Source of the DNA: Leidyana gryllorum EB-2025a
Lineage: Eukaryota > Protista > Apicomplexa
Direction: 5' to 3'
DNA length: 64,000 nucleotides
Assembly: GCA_048772705.1 (NCBI GenBank)
Contig: JBLWGC010000104.1
Coordinates: 248,001 to 312,000, forward strand
Numbering within the stretch: position 1 is the first letter of the stretch; each line of letters starts with the position of its first letter. A program made the position numbers and the translations under genes. Of this stretch, positions 1 to 10,992 are shown piece by piece. The notes under the pieces are model-generated. The model searched no databases. It worked only from the letters and a program-made list of their open reading frames with translations, and was not told the origin of the DNA.

Positions 1-905
1 CAGCCTTCGGATGTTGCATGACACCTGGCAAAATTAATCCACGGGACCCCAAAGAGTGCTGCTGATGCGCAGTCGGACCCATCGCGCCATTTCCGGATTG
101 ATACTCAGCCCTCAGGGGCGGGATCACTGATGGCAACTGCAACGAAGATCGAGTTGTCATCGAACCTGAGGGGTAAGTGGGCAGCGGTGCTCCGGCCTGG
201 GGACTCGGCTCCTGTTGAATTGCTTCTTCGTTGTGAAGAGTAATCATCACTCACCATGGGAGCTGCAGCACTCTGCGGATAATGCCCTGAGGGTCCCTGA
301 CCTGTGTACCCTGGGTAGTTCATCGGAGTGGCCGGCATCGCAGCATAATTCTGCGCTCCCTGAACCATCGGATGAAAGTTTCCCGGGGGTACGGCTCCAG
401 CCCCAGAGGAAGGTGTTATACCTCCCAAATAAGTCGAAGTAGCTCCGGTCGTTGAGCCACTACGATAAGAGGGCGTGCGAGCCATGATGTGTGCTGTGCT
501 GAAGCTTTTGGGAAGTAGCACACCACCATGGAACACCATCTCCGTCACATCAATCTGCCCAATCCGTGATTGCCGGTTCTAAAAACGGCGTACTAACCTT
601 TTGAGTATCGTCGAACGAGTAACTGACACACAGCTCGCTATGTTTGTTGAATCCAACTGTCCAACCATTAGGAATCTGCCCATTTGCCTCTGCCACACGA
701 TAGACCTGGACCGCTTGGCGATACAAGACGGTTTCAGGTACACCATAGGGGCCAAACAAGCTAGGGCTCAAGCGAGTAGACTTGGCACGTCGGCGGTAAG
801 CTTTTGATCCGATATGAGCCAAGAACGGCAAGTCCAAGACATCCGCAATCACTTCAATAGTCTTCCCCATCGCAACGAACACCTGGAGAAACTCCTTGTC
901 TATTA
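1..905 (-). CDS. Multi-exon hypothetical protein with Pro/Ser/Gly/Gln-rich low-complexity region; runs off left edge
   Basis: ORFs 550..882 and 105..548 join in frame through a GTTAGT..GGCAG intron (~554-597). A GTGAG..ACAG intron at 212-254 gives a frame open to base 1. True start not resolved. Confidence 0.55.
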
Positions 906-2055
906 CTCATCTCGCGACCACACAATGCCCCAAATATTCATATAAAAATTAAAAGAATCTTGAGCGATCGGAATGTCGTCAGATGGGAACATAGCTTCAT
1001 GTAATCATCTCAAGCCTCATCTAGCACCTGTTACAAGGCCCCACATGGCCAGTATTTAGGGTCAAGCGTAATGTCAACACGAAGCAACGCAATTTACTGA
1101 CTCTTCAACCCTGAATTGGGGCGGGCGACAAACTTGCACACGTGATTACATCATTAAATGGATCGAGCCTGACCCACATACACAAGCTGGCGATGCTCTT
1201 CTGCACAGCCTACAGCCCAGGCGATAGAAATCTTTTACCACTGCCCTTCCGGTTGTGCTTGTATGTGTGTACGCTCGCACACGCACTGAAAAACGGATTA
1301 TTTGGATTGGCAGGGAAGCCAATAGCCACATCGATGAGTCTTCAGACTAACGCTCATCCATATGTAGCAGGGGTAGCCAGACGGTGCATCGTGTAGCGGC
1401 CGAGTAAAGAGCCCTATATCTGCCGTAGTTTGGGAAGGTGGCGAGTTTTTGCCCCTTCGGTGACTAATATCCCATCGTGCATACGTGAAGGAGTCCACCC
1501 CTTACACTCCATCTGCATTTGACCACTCTATTTGCTCAAGATACGATCAGCAGCACCTTCGATCCTCCACCGTTGTGCATTCTGAGTACGGCACTCGATA
1601 TATATTCGCGCATTGGCACACCGCTGGACCGGCTTTCAGCGTTTGCAGCCCCCACTCAGACACACATAGTTGAGAGTCTGGTCTTTGACCACACTTCGTA
1701 AACAGCTCGCCGCGGACAGGTAGCACTTGTGCCTCCCAATGAGCTCCACGCACTACTCATTCGAACAGATGGTGTCCTCGAGTAATACCTTGAAAGGAAG
1801 CAAGGTATGATCGCTTCAGGTGCCGCTCTGTGCAGCTATCGAACGCTTTCTGGACCGAAGCATCGCAGAGTTGTTCCGGCTGCCACGCGCCTACTTCGGG
1901 TTGTACTGAACTAGCAGGTGATCGTAGCTGGCAGCACCGGTGACACCGATGAGGCCGCGGACCAGCTCCTTCGACCTCCATGTCTGCGCCCTCAATGGCA
2001 CTTCAATTCTTGAAACGCCCAACTGTGGTGATGAGAGAAGCTGTATCAACTGACT

Positions 2056-2150
2056 TCCCGCAGCGTGCCACAGAGCTGCCAGAAGCTCCCGCAGCGTGCC
2101 ACAGAGCTGCCAGAAGCTCCCGCAGCGTGCCACAGAGCTGCCAGAAGCTC
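2056..2150. repeat. Perfect 31-bp tandem repeat x3 (TCCCGCAGCGTGCCACAGAGCTGCCAGAAGC)
   Basis: Units start at 2056, 2087 and 2118 and are identical. Confidence 0.95.
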
Positions 2151-4029
2151 TCGCTGGCAGCTGCGCACGGCATGACATTGTTCAGCTCAGAAAGGTACCG
2201 CCCTCCCTGCGTCAACCATCAAACTCAGCTATCCAGTGATCGAGCGGTCACGGTAGAAGGAGAAGTAGGGTTTTCCGAATGCAACAAGCAATTATTGGGC
2301 GGGTAAGGTAGGGACACACACGCCATTGAGCTCTCCGATTCACATCACACCCTTCTACCAGCTGAGCAAAGTTGGCTGTGCAAATCAATGCCCGAAAGAT
2401 TGATGCCTAAACAGATCTTTCCGACTTTTGTACACATAAATCTCGCGGATCTGCGGGTGGGTTTTGGTATCAATTGCTGGGTGAAAACGGGAAGTGATGT
2501 TGCTTCTCCGACTGTTCATTACCACCCAACAGTTGCCTGGTGGGATAACCTCTCACTGTCACCCGGTTGGGAGGCCCATCATCTGAAACTAGAAGCAGAT
2601 TCTCGGGTCCCACGAGGTGGGCGAGAGACTCTGAACGGTCCTCACCGGAAGGTGGGTTCAGTTGGGAGAAGTTCGTGTGGCCACACTAGGCTGGGAACAG
2701 AGCGTGTCAGCCACACCCTCCGACATCGAGTGGGAGAACCGGGGATCTGTTTTTTTTTGAGTTGAACTTTGTCGATCTGATCTGAATGTACTGCTGTCAA
2801 GTCGGACTCAATGTACCCTCCACGGGTTCATCTGCCCCCTGTCGTCCTAAGCAAATCACTTTTCGAGGGGGGAGACACAAACAGGATACAAAACACTCGT
2901 TTTTATTCCTTTCCCCCGAGGAAACTGAACCTCAAACACAAAAACTGAGACTCCAGAGCAGTGAATCAAATTCTTTGTTCCAATGAGGAACGATATCCAC
3001 GATGACAAAGCATCGTCGTTGAAAACACCTGCAGGTAGTCGCCTATAAGACACCTTAAGATCGACCAACAAGGTCACCGACGCCTATTGATCTGACGCCC
3101 AACTGTGTCCATTGGGTGTCATCGACCGTACGAGTCCAACGCAAATCGAAGGAAGCCACCCACGGTGGGCCTACGGTAAGGGATCCAACCGCAATGGGCT
3201 ACGGTAAGGGATCTGACGCCCATCCGTATCCCTTGGCTGTCGTCGACGGTATAACTCCATCACAAATTGACGGAGGCTTCTCGCGGTGGATAGAAAGACA
3301 GTTATTGAATCCACTCAGGAGGTTATTCTGCCTGACACCCGGAGATCGAGAGTTGTCGTGCCTTCCCAGTGTCTTCCCGGAGCTGAGGCGAGAGTTGAAT
3401 TACCAATCTGCCGCCTCCGGCCGGTAAAGAGGCCAACCCCACACAATGAGAGACTTGCGAGGGCGGGAGGGGGTCCGTGAACCTGCTGATTCATCGTCTA
3501 ACAGTCACCGGTTTGGAATACGGTAAGTCACTCAATACGAAACAGACGGTCGCACACGTGTGCTCGGTTCTACTTTTGTGTCCGGATGTTCTTGAGGGCG
3601 CCGCAGCGGCCATGTGGCGTTTCAGCGCTACATCGGCGGTGTGGTGGTCTCAAAGAGTGGTCGGATGCACTGGTATCTCTTTCTCTGCATCAGGGGGTAA
3701 GCCCCGGCTTTAACAATCGTACTAGGTGGACTGCTAACTTCCTACGCCGGGGCAAGCGGTCTCCCACGCGTCTCCGGGCTCTGAGTCCGCCTGGCCTAGG
3801 AGTGGACTACGGGGCGGTGAATGGACGGATTTAACACCGTTTCGTCTGTCTTTACGGCTCTCCCACTCCCAAACAAGTCGGAGCCAAGAATGATTTAGCA
3901 TTCCGTTGTCGATGTGCCCAACTGTCACTCTTTCCCAGTCGGATGCAGAACTGATGTATGTCTTATCATTCAACCATTGAGCACTGAGTTACTTAGGGTC
4001 GGTCCCGATCTGCCCACTCAGGTGACTCC

Positions 4030-4450
4030 GATCATGCCTTTCGGGTAGCATGAAGGACCGATGGATGTTCCACTTTTTCGACCCCTAATGCCGTTCTCAA
4101 CATGCCAATATTGAGGTCACGCTGATCACCCGTACCTCATGAGAACGACTGATGGCTGTCCCACCTTTCCGACCCTTGAGGGCGTTCTTAAGACGGCCAC
4201 TTACGCCAGTCCGAGCCGACATTAAGTCACTCAGAGCTAACGGGTCGACTGATGGGGGCATCCATCAGTCTTCTCATGCCCTACGAGTGATCTCAACATG
4301 CCAATTCTGAGGTCAGTACGATCACTCGTTCCACATGAGAAGGACTGATGGATATTCATTCCATCTTTCGACCTTAAAGCCGTTCTTAAGATCCCCACTT
4401 GTGTCACGCCAATCACTCGTTCCACATGAGAACGACTGATGAACGTCCCA
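4030..4450. repeat. Degenerate ~80-90 bp repeat array with one inverted partial copy
   Basis: Recurrent blocks GATCAC-C/T-CGT..CATGAGAA-C/G-GACTGATG, TCTCAACATGCCAAT and CGTTCTTAAGA. Bases 4261-4291 are the near reverse complement of 4320-4351. Confidence 0.8.
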
Positions 4451-4688
4451 AGCTCTGAGCCACACAGACCGAGTCTGTACTTCGCCTCACAAGTCTGACA
4501 ATGATAGAAACATGTCTTTGGGAGATGCAGCAGGTCCTCTGGGGAGAAGGACTCCCTTGACCGGCTGATCTCTCATTGACTTGTGACCATCATCACTGCA
4601 CTCTCGACCCACATAGTTGTGAGACAAAGACCAAATTTGATCAGATCTTAGGAGATCTTTGTGCCACTTCACAATGGGAGAGAACCAC

Positions 4689-4781
4689 AAGGGAAGGGGA
4701 GGGAAGGGAGGGAAGGGGAGGGAAGGGAGGGAAGGGAGGGAAGGGGAGGGAAGGGAGGGAAGGGGAGGGAAGGGGGGGAAG
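4689..4781 (+). repeat. Pure polypurine (GGGA/GGGAA)n tract
   Basis: About 90 nt containing only G and A, with many GGG runs. Confidence 0.95.
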
Positions 4782-5121
4782 TCGGCGTCGAGGCAAGCCC
4801 CGTCCGCCCTGTCATAAATTATCCTGTGGGCGATCTAACCGTATGGTAGAACTCCCGAAGTCTTCACATCACCAGAAGTGCAGTGGCTGCTCGAACCCCA
4901 TCGTGCCTCTTAATGATCAGGCAGCGATCCAAGCAGGTAAGTTTAAGAAATAGGGACGTTTGGAGGTACTTGGGTTGCAATTACATATGTCGGGTGGGCG
5001 TCGAGCGTCTGGGACGGTACTATTGTGTGCTTGTGTGTATGGGAGGTTTTCTGGCAGGCAATACAGGGTTGCTTCTCTGAGCGCTTTTACAGGAAGAAAA
5101 AGATAGGCCTTTCGATGGTTG

Positions 5122-8100
5122 CTATTGGGATGTGAGCTGATTTTTGCCATCGTTCGGGTCTGGGCGAGGTCTGACTATGAGTAGAGTCAAGAAGAGGCCT
5201 GCGAATGCTGTAAACGCTACCGCCCAGTCTATGAGGAACTTTGGTGCAAAATCTCTCCAAGCCTGAGCAAAAAATGGTTAGATATACGGAGAGAAGGCAG
5301 GCTTACTGGCAGATTCCATCGTTCTCTATATACTGTCGAAGCATCGATGGATATCATCAGCAGTAAGAGAAATTGCGCACTGGGGGTCGGTCAAGAGCGA
5401 GTGGAAGGGAACAATGGGTGCCTACCGGGTGAGGAGACGCACAACGCGGTCTGCAACAGACTGAACGCTTGTACAACGTAAATTCACCCAATGCACGATG
5501 ATAATGGGGAGCAGGGCTGGCGCTGTGATACAGTGCAGCACGACGAGTAAGACTGAGAGGAATTTGCCAAACTTGGTGAGCCCCACGAAGCCAGCAGACA
5601 GTGGCAATGCTCGGAAGTCGGCTCGATGGCCCATGGACCAAAACAAGTGCGTTCTGTTTATCAATGTCTCGAGTCAGAGAAGAAAGAGACTTTGTTTGAC
5701 TCACATCAGGAAGAATGCGATACTCAGCATTTCTTCGTCATTTATTAAGAAGAATGTACTCGTTTCCGCAATGTTGTTAGTGTTGCATTGGGAGGCTGTT
5801 GGTGACGAGAAGGAAAGTCGACGGGATCGAACAAATTCGTTGGGCGGGCGCTTCATTGCCAAACTATACGCGCGAACGGTACGTCTCGCTCGGGTTTGAT
5901 CCAACCGATTGATCAGCTGCTGGAGGTGAGACCCATTGGATGCAACACTCCGGATGACCTTTCCACTATGGGATTTGCCATCCGTCACCACTCGCGACAC
6001 GAGGAATTCCAGCGGCGCCAGAGCGGCAGCTTGGATACAGAGCGATACTGCCTGGGGGACATCCTGCAATACAAACAGGAAAAAGTAGAATGCGCTCCCC
6101 ATAATCATCGGTGCCAATGACATGACATTCTTCCTACTCCAGTACCGCTTCAAAGCGAATGTGTACACATAACTCAGGTGGAACACACACAGCATGAACG
6201 CCGCTCGGGGTAACAAGAGCCTCAACACCTGAAGGGAGAACGATAATAAAGAGAGTCAATTGTGGCAGAATAATGGGTGACAGTGGCAATGAGGCCGAGA
6301 CGCGACAGAGGCAGAGGCAGGATAGATTACAAAATCTGACTCTGAATGACTTCTCTCTCACTCACCTGATTCCATGATCTCTTTTCCACCAATCCACGTG
6401 GTACTCCGACAGCATAGGCCAAACCGCGAATAATTGGTGCTTTGTCCCATTCAACGGACGGTGCTGCCGTGTCATCTGTCTCAGCCGCGATCTGAGCACA
6501 GGCTGATAGATACAGAGTTCCCCACAGGGCTTGTAGAACACAAATGACAGCGGATACATGTCGGATACGGTCCAAACCGCTGTCCGCTGTCGTCGACTCC
6601 TGATGACTGACCCTCGATGTCAACTTGCTGCTGGAACTCGGTAAGGACGGGAAAGCTGAGGCCGGAATCCAGGGAGAAGCACTCATTAGATCAAGTTTGC
6701 CGGAGGGGCAACAAAGATCAGGTGATGTCGTCGTTGTCGACTCCTTCACTTCTGGAGAGTGGAACACAGCTGGCGAGTCGGCACTCAACCTCCCCGGCCC
6801 CGGATCAGACAACCGCCTTCGTCGTTTCCGTTGTCGCGGTTGAGTAGTGGGCGCTGGGGGGTCAGCCGCCGTCGCGGTCGTGCTGGTCAGGGACATGAAC
6901 ATAGGTGTGACGACGTCGTGGACAGGAGAATGCTCTCCTGTGGTCACTGCTTGCTGACTGCTATCGCCCTCTGGTAGCAATATATGACGAACGAAGTGGT
7001 TAACGTCCCCATTCATCTGCAATCGCTCTTGCTGCCGAGAGAATGTGAGCAACAGCTCGGGCAGACGTTTGCCACTCAATATGGTGTATAAAAGCAGAGC
7101 TGTCACAGAAGCCAGCAGAGCCGTGGCCAGATCAGAGTTATTCAGCCGCACGGAGGCCTTCGGCATCTCTGTTCTGGGTGAGATATAATGGATATCAAAA
7201 TTGTCAGAGGCTCGGAGTGCGATCAGGATAGCCCCGATCGCCACCCATACCTTCGCAGTCGCTCTCTTCAAGGTCTGACGACTCGACTGCATCAACACCG
7301 AACTTCCGGACCAGATACGTGCTGTTGCCCGAACACCAATCCACGTTACACAACACTGAAAGAGGAACCGCGTCAGTAATCCCGGGTACACTATAGCAGC
7401 CCCATGAGAGGTTTGTGCCGCAAAGTATACGATAACCGGGATCCAATGTCCATAGCTTGCAATCACTCTCAACAGTGTACCGAACCTGTCCCCACTCGAT
7501 TTCCAACCCCTCAGCTTCCATATAATAGTCCACCCAGAATCCTCGGCAACCAGTAAGCCACCCGCACAGCCGGAAGGCGGAGTGATTTCTTCGGCGAAAA
7601 GCTGAGTCTTCCATGCTGTCCGCCCATTTAACCATAGTCCTCCGATTGTCTCGACCACTTGGATCATGAGCATCCAATAGATACTCAGACCAACAAGACC
7701 AGCACACATCCATTCCCGTAGTCCCGTACTGATGGCATAGCCAGCGGACGCTACACACAACATTACTGCAGTCATCAGCAATCCGGGGAGCGCAAAATAG
7801 ATCTGTGTGTCTCCGAGACACACACTTGCAATAGTCTTAATTCCAAACACAATCGTGCTGCATACCATCGGCAACAGAGCTAAATATAGAGCCGGTAGTG
7901 GCCGTTGGTTCATTGATAGTATAATGCGTAGTTGTCGTTGGCCTTGGGAGGCAAAATCACGATAGATCGCCCAAGTCGCCTCCATAGTCTCTATCTCTTC
8001 TAATATCGTGTCAAATGGAATTAGGGGCGCTTCTCCATCTTGTCCCCAGAGGAGAAGAGGTGCCCTCACGTTGTCGTCTCCAGCGTCATTAATTTCCGCT

Positions 8101-10195
8101 TTGTCTACGGCTGCGAAAACTTCTCCCCATTGCTGTGTCCGCAGCTGAGTCTTGAGAATCTCAGTATGGTTCAAAACTCTGTCCCACAAGTCGTTCATAA
8201 GCGGATCGTCCAGAAGCTCTGGACGTGTCTTCGCTACCTCATTGATCCGAAGGTACAAATGCCAAGCGCGCACGTGCTGCAACGTTACTAAATAGCGAAG
8301 ATGACGCAGCCAGGCTAGTCGCGCAACAACAACGCTACCGGCATTGCTGCGCACCAGCTCGGGCACAGTTGTGAGTACTCCTTTTTGAAATCTCACGTTA
8401 GGTCCGAACGCCAACTCACACTCAGAATCCTCGTAGATTTTATCTTCGCTCGCTATCGTGGGCCATCCCACCATCCGTCCGCCATCACATAATAGTGCGG
8501 GGACAAGTGGAACTCCCTCGTCGTCCCGATGGATGGGAGCAAGTCGCGTGGCCGAGGGAATATCAGACGTTTCTAAATTGTACGTCCATGTATTCTTCCT
8601 CGAAAAGAGAGGGAACATCTCAGGAATGACATTCCCAATCGCGTTGGACGGCAATGGTATGCCCAGCAGGAATGCCCATGTGACTGTTAAATCGGTTTGT
8701 TCCACTGATCGAAAATCATAATCATGATCTTTTGTCCAGCGATCAGTCAGGCCAGTCGCCAGTGGTTCAGGGGGCGCCGTTAGTTCCAGCAAAGCCGGAG
8801 TTGAAAAGCTTGAGCGTATAGTGGTTGAATTGTAGAAGTAGTTACGCGGCAATAATGGTTGCGGGCTATACATGAATAATCCAGCTTCTACCTGAGCCCA
8901 GAAATGTGTGTGTTCGCACAAGGAGACACGTGTGTGGTACTCACCTCATCTTTGCCGGCCCCTCCATGGGCACCACTGTCGGTCATACCATGGTCGCCGA
9001 ACATGAATACCACAGTGTCGTCCCAGGGTGCGAAGGCGGGAAGCGTATGATTTGAGGACGGCGGAGCGAGTAGGGTGTCTTTGAGTGGGCCAAGGCGTCT
9101 TCTCCAGTTCGATCTGGGTGGCAGATTTGCTAAGAGTCGGCCGGCCTGCTCACGGCACAAGCGTCCGCCCGAGACAAAGTGTAGTATAGTAGAGAAGATA
9201 TCGTTATACATCTTGTACCGTTGCTGTTGAAGTGGATGTTTGGGGGTACGGTCATGGCCAATGTGATCACTGCCCAGAACGTGAGCCGCTATCCATCGCC
9301 AGTCCGCTCTCAAGTAGCGTTGTGCGGCTGGGACGTAGGGATACACAGTATTGTCCTGGTATACCAGATTGGAAGCCTGAAACGCTCGCATCCACAGCAA
9401 TTTCCAAAGACGATTGTGGATACCGTCATCGACAGTGTCATAGTCATGAAGATTCAGTCCCAAATCGATGAGTGTGGCGTTGAGCTGATTTTTGAAGAGC
9501 CGAAACCACGTGTCATCCCCTAGAGTCAAGAAGGGTCGTTGGGTCTTCTTGAGCTGCACTGGCAAAGAGTCGTCCAACTTGGACACCGATCCCATAATGC
9601 TCCTGCTGATATCAAAGAAGGGAGGTATATCGCCTATCATAAGGCCCCTTAAGCGTTGGGTGGTCATCGTGGGGGCGTCTGCGACGGCTCTATATAGCTG
9701 TGAGTGATATCGTTGTGACGAGTGTTGTAGGAGCTCGTGTGGCGTAGAGAATGCATTGTGTGGGGGGTCCCACTTTGTGGAATTCCATCCTAACCATGTG
9801 AATCGCAAGGCATCTACGATGAACATAATGTTATGAGTATAGAAGGCCGGAACCCAGGGGCGATCAGCGGGAGCTGAACAGTTCCGATCATTGAGTTCAT
9901 GATAGTCATCCGCATTGCCAGTCACATAATCTTTCAAGGCGTCTGCGCAATCGTGCACGGGTCTTGATGACGTGTTTGAACGATAGAGTCCAAGACACGG
10001 GTGGATAGGATCAAATTCGGGAAATAATGGAGGGTGAGCTTCAGTGCAAGTGTGTGAGATCCTCGATGATGTCGGTACATTCTGCAGAAATATAGCTTTA
10101 GTATATATCACAGTGGCTGCTGATAAGAGCACCACCACCAGAGCACTATGTCGGACGAGTTGGGGAGACACGAGACATCTCGGCCTCTCGTCCAT
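5122..10195 (-). CDS. PIGO: GPI ethanolamine-phosphate transferase 3 (PIG-O/Gpi13), multi-exon
   Basis: Alkaline-phosphatase-superfamily motifs IVDALRF, ADAPTMTTQRL, GDDTW, HVLGSDHIGH and GDHGMTDSGAHGG. Many TM helices. C-terminal WSMGH..F...AGFVG and W..FAPKF. Introns 8892-8944, 6229-6365, 5654-5704 and further 3' introns. Stop at 5122-5124. Confidence 0.9.
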
Positions 10196-10226
10196 CGCGC
10201 CAACACCAAACAGGAAAAAAAAGGCG

Positions 10227-10791
10227 ATGGCCGCTGCCCGCACGGGAATCTCTGGTATACTACGCGAGCTGACGCTCAAATTTGGAGTAAGCGGCGACGG
10301 CGGCTGTCGTTCATCAGTAGTCTACAGGCGCTCTCGAGGACCTTCAAAGAATACGGAACATATCTGGATGAGCTCGAGACCGAGAAACAAAGGCTCAAAA
10401 CTATGGAGGTAAACTTCAGTGCCTACGGGTGGTTGATGCATATCATCTGCCACAGGCTGAGGGAAAAGAGACCCGGCAGCAAACTAAGGTCATAGAGGAG
10501 ACTGAGCAGATGTTCCCACACGTTCGGAAGAACTGTGAGAAGCTCGCCAGCGGATTAGTGTCTCACTGGCAGATGAAACAGGATCCTCTCAAGGAAGAAC
10601 TTGCTGCTATGGAGGCAGCCGAGCGGTCCAAATACATCAAAGACATGGGCGGGCTTGCTATGAGGCTGAACTCCATCCTTACGACTCCAGTCGAGCGCAA
10701 CTGTCTTTCCGGCTCGCCTACGGAGACACAGCTCAAAGCTGTTTACCAAGAATTCCAAGCGATAGCTAATCCGCAAGGAGGAGAGTTATGA
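10227..10791 (+). CDS. TBCA: Tubulin-folding cofactor A
   Basis: Splicing introns 10287-10327 and 10409-10455 gives ...RELTLKFGALSRTFKEYGTYLDELETEKQRLKTMEAEGKETRQQTKVIEETEQMFP. This matches the TBCA pattern (IKTGVVKRLVKE..Y..E...Q..ILQESRMMIP). Confidence 0.8.
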
Positions 10792-10865
10792 TCGAATCTG
10801 ATGTCAATAGCGCAATGTAAGTTCTTAAGCAGAAAAGTCAGGCATCCATCTCGGAATGACTACGG

Positions 10866-10951
10866 AGTGTGTCTACACACCCCCTAACAGTGTGTCCACA
10901 CACCCTCTGACAGTGTGTCTACACACCCTCTGACAGTGTGTCTACACACCC
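10866..10951. repeat. 23-bp tandem repeat x4, each with an internal GTGTGT-nn-ACACAC palindrome
   Basis: Units at 10866, 10889, 10912 and 10935, lying between convergent 3' ends. Confidence 0.9.
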
Positions 10952-10992
10952 CCCCACACCCCCCCATCAGGAGAGTGATGTGGGTTTCCTTT

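Noticed and set aside
2056-2150. CRISPR-like appearance of 31-bp repeats (also 10866-10951)
   Set aside because: Repeats are directly adjacent with no unique spacers, there are no cas genes, and the context is eukaryotic.
4576-4953. ORFs with GREGREG/GGKGGK repeats
   Set aside because: Translation of the polypurine tract, with no other coding signal.
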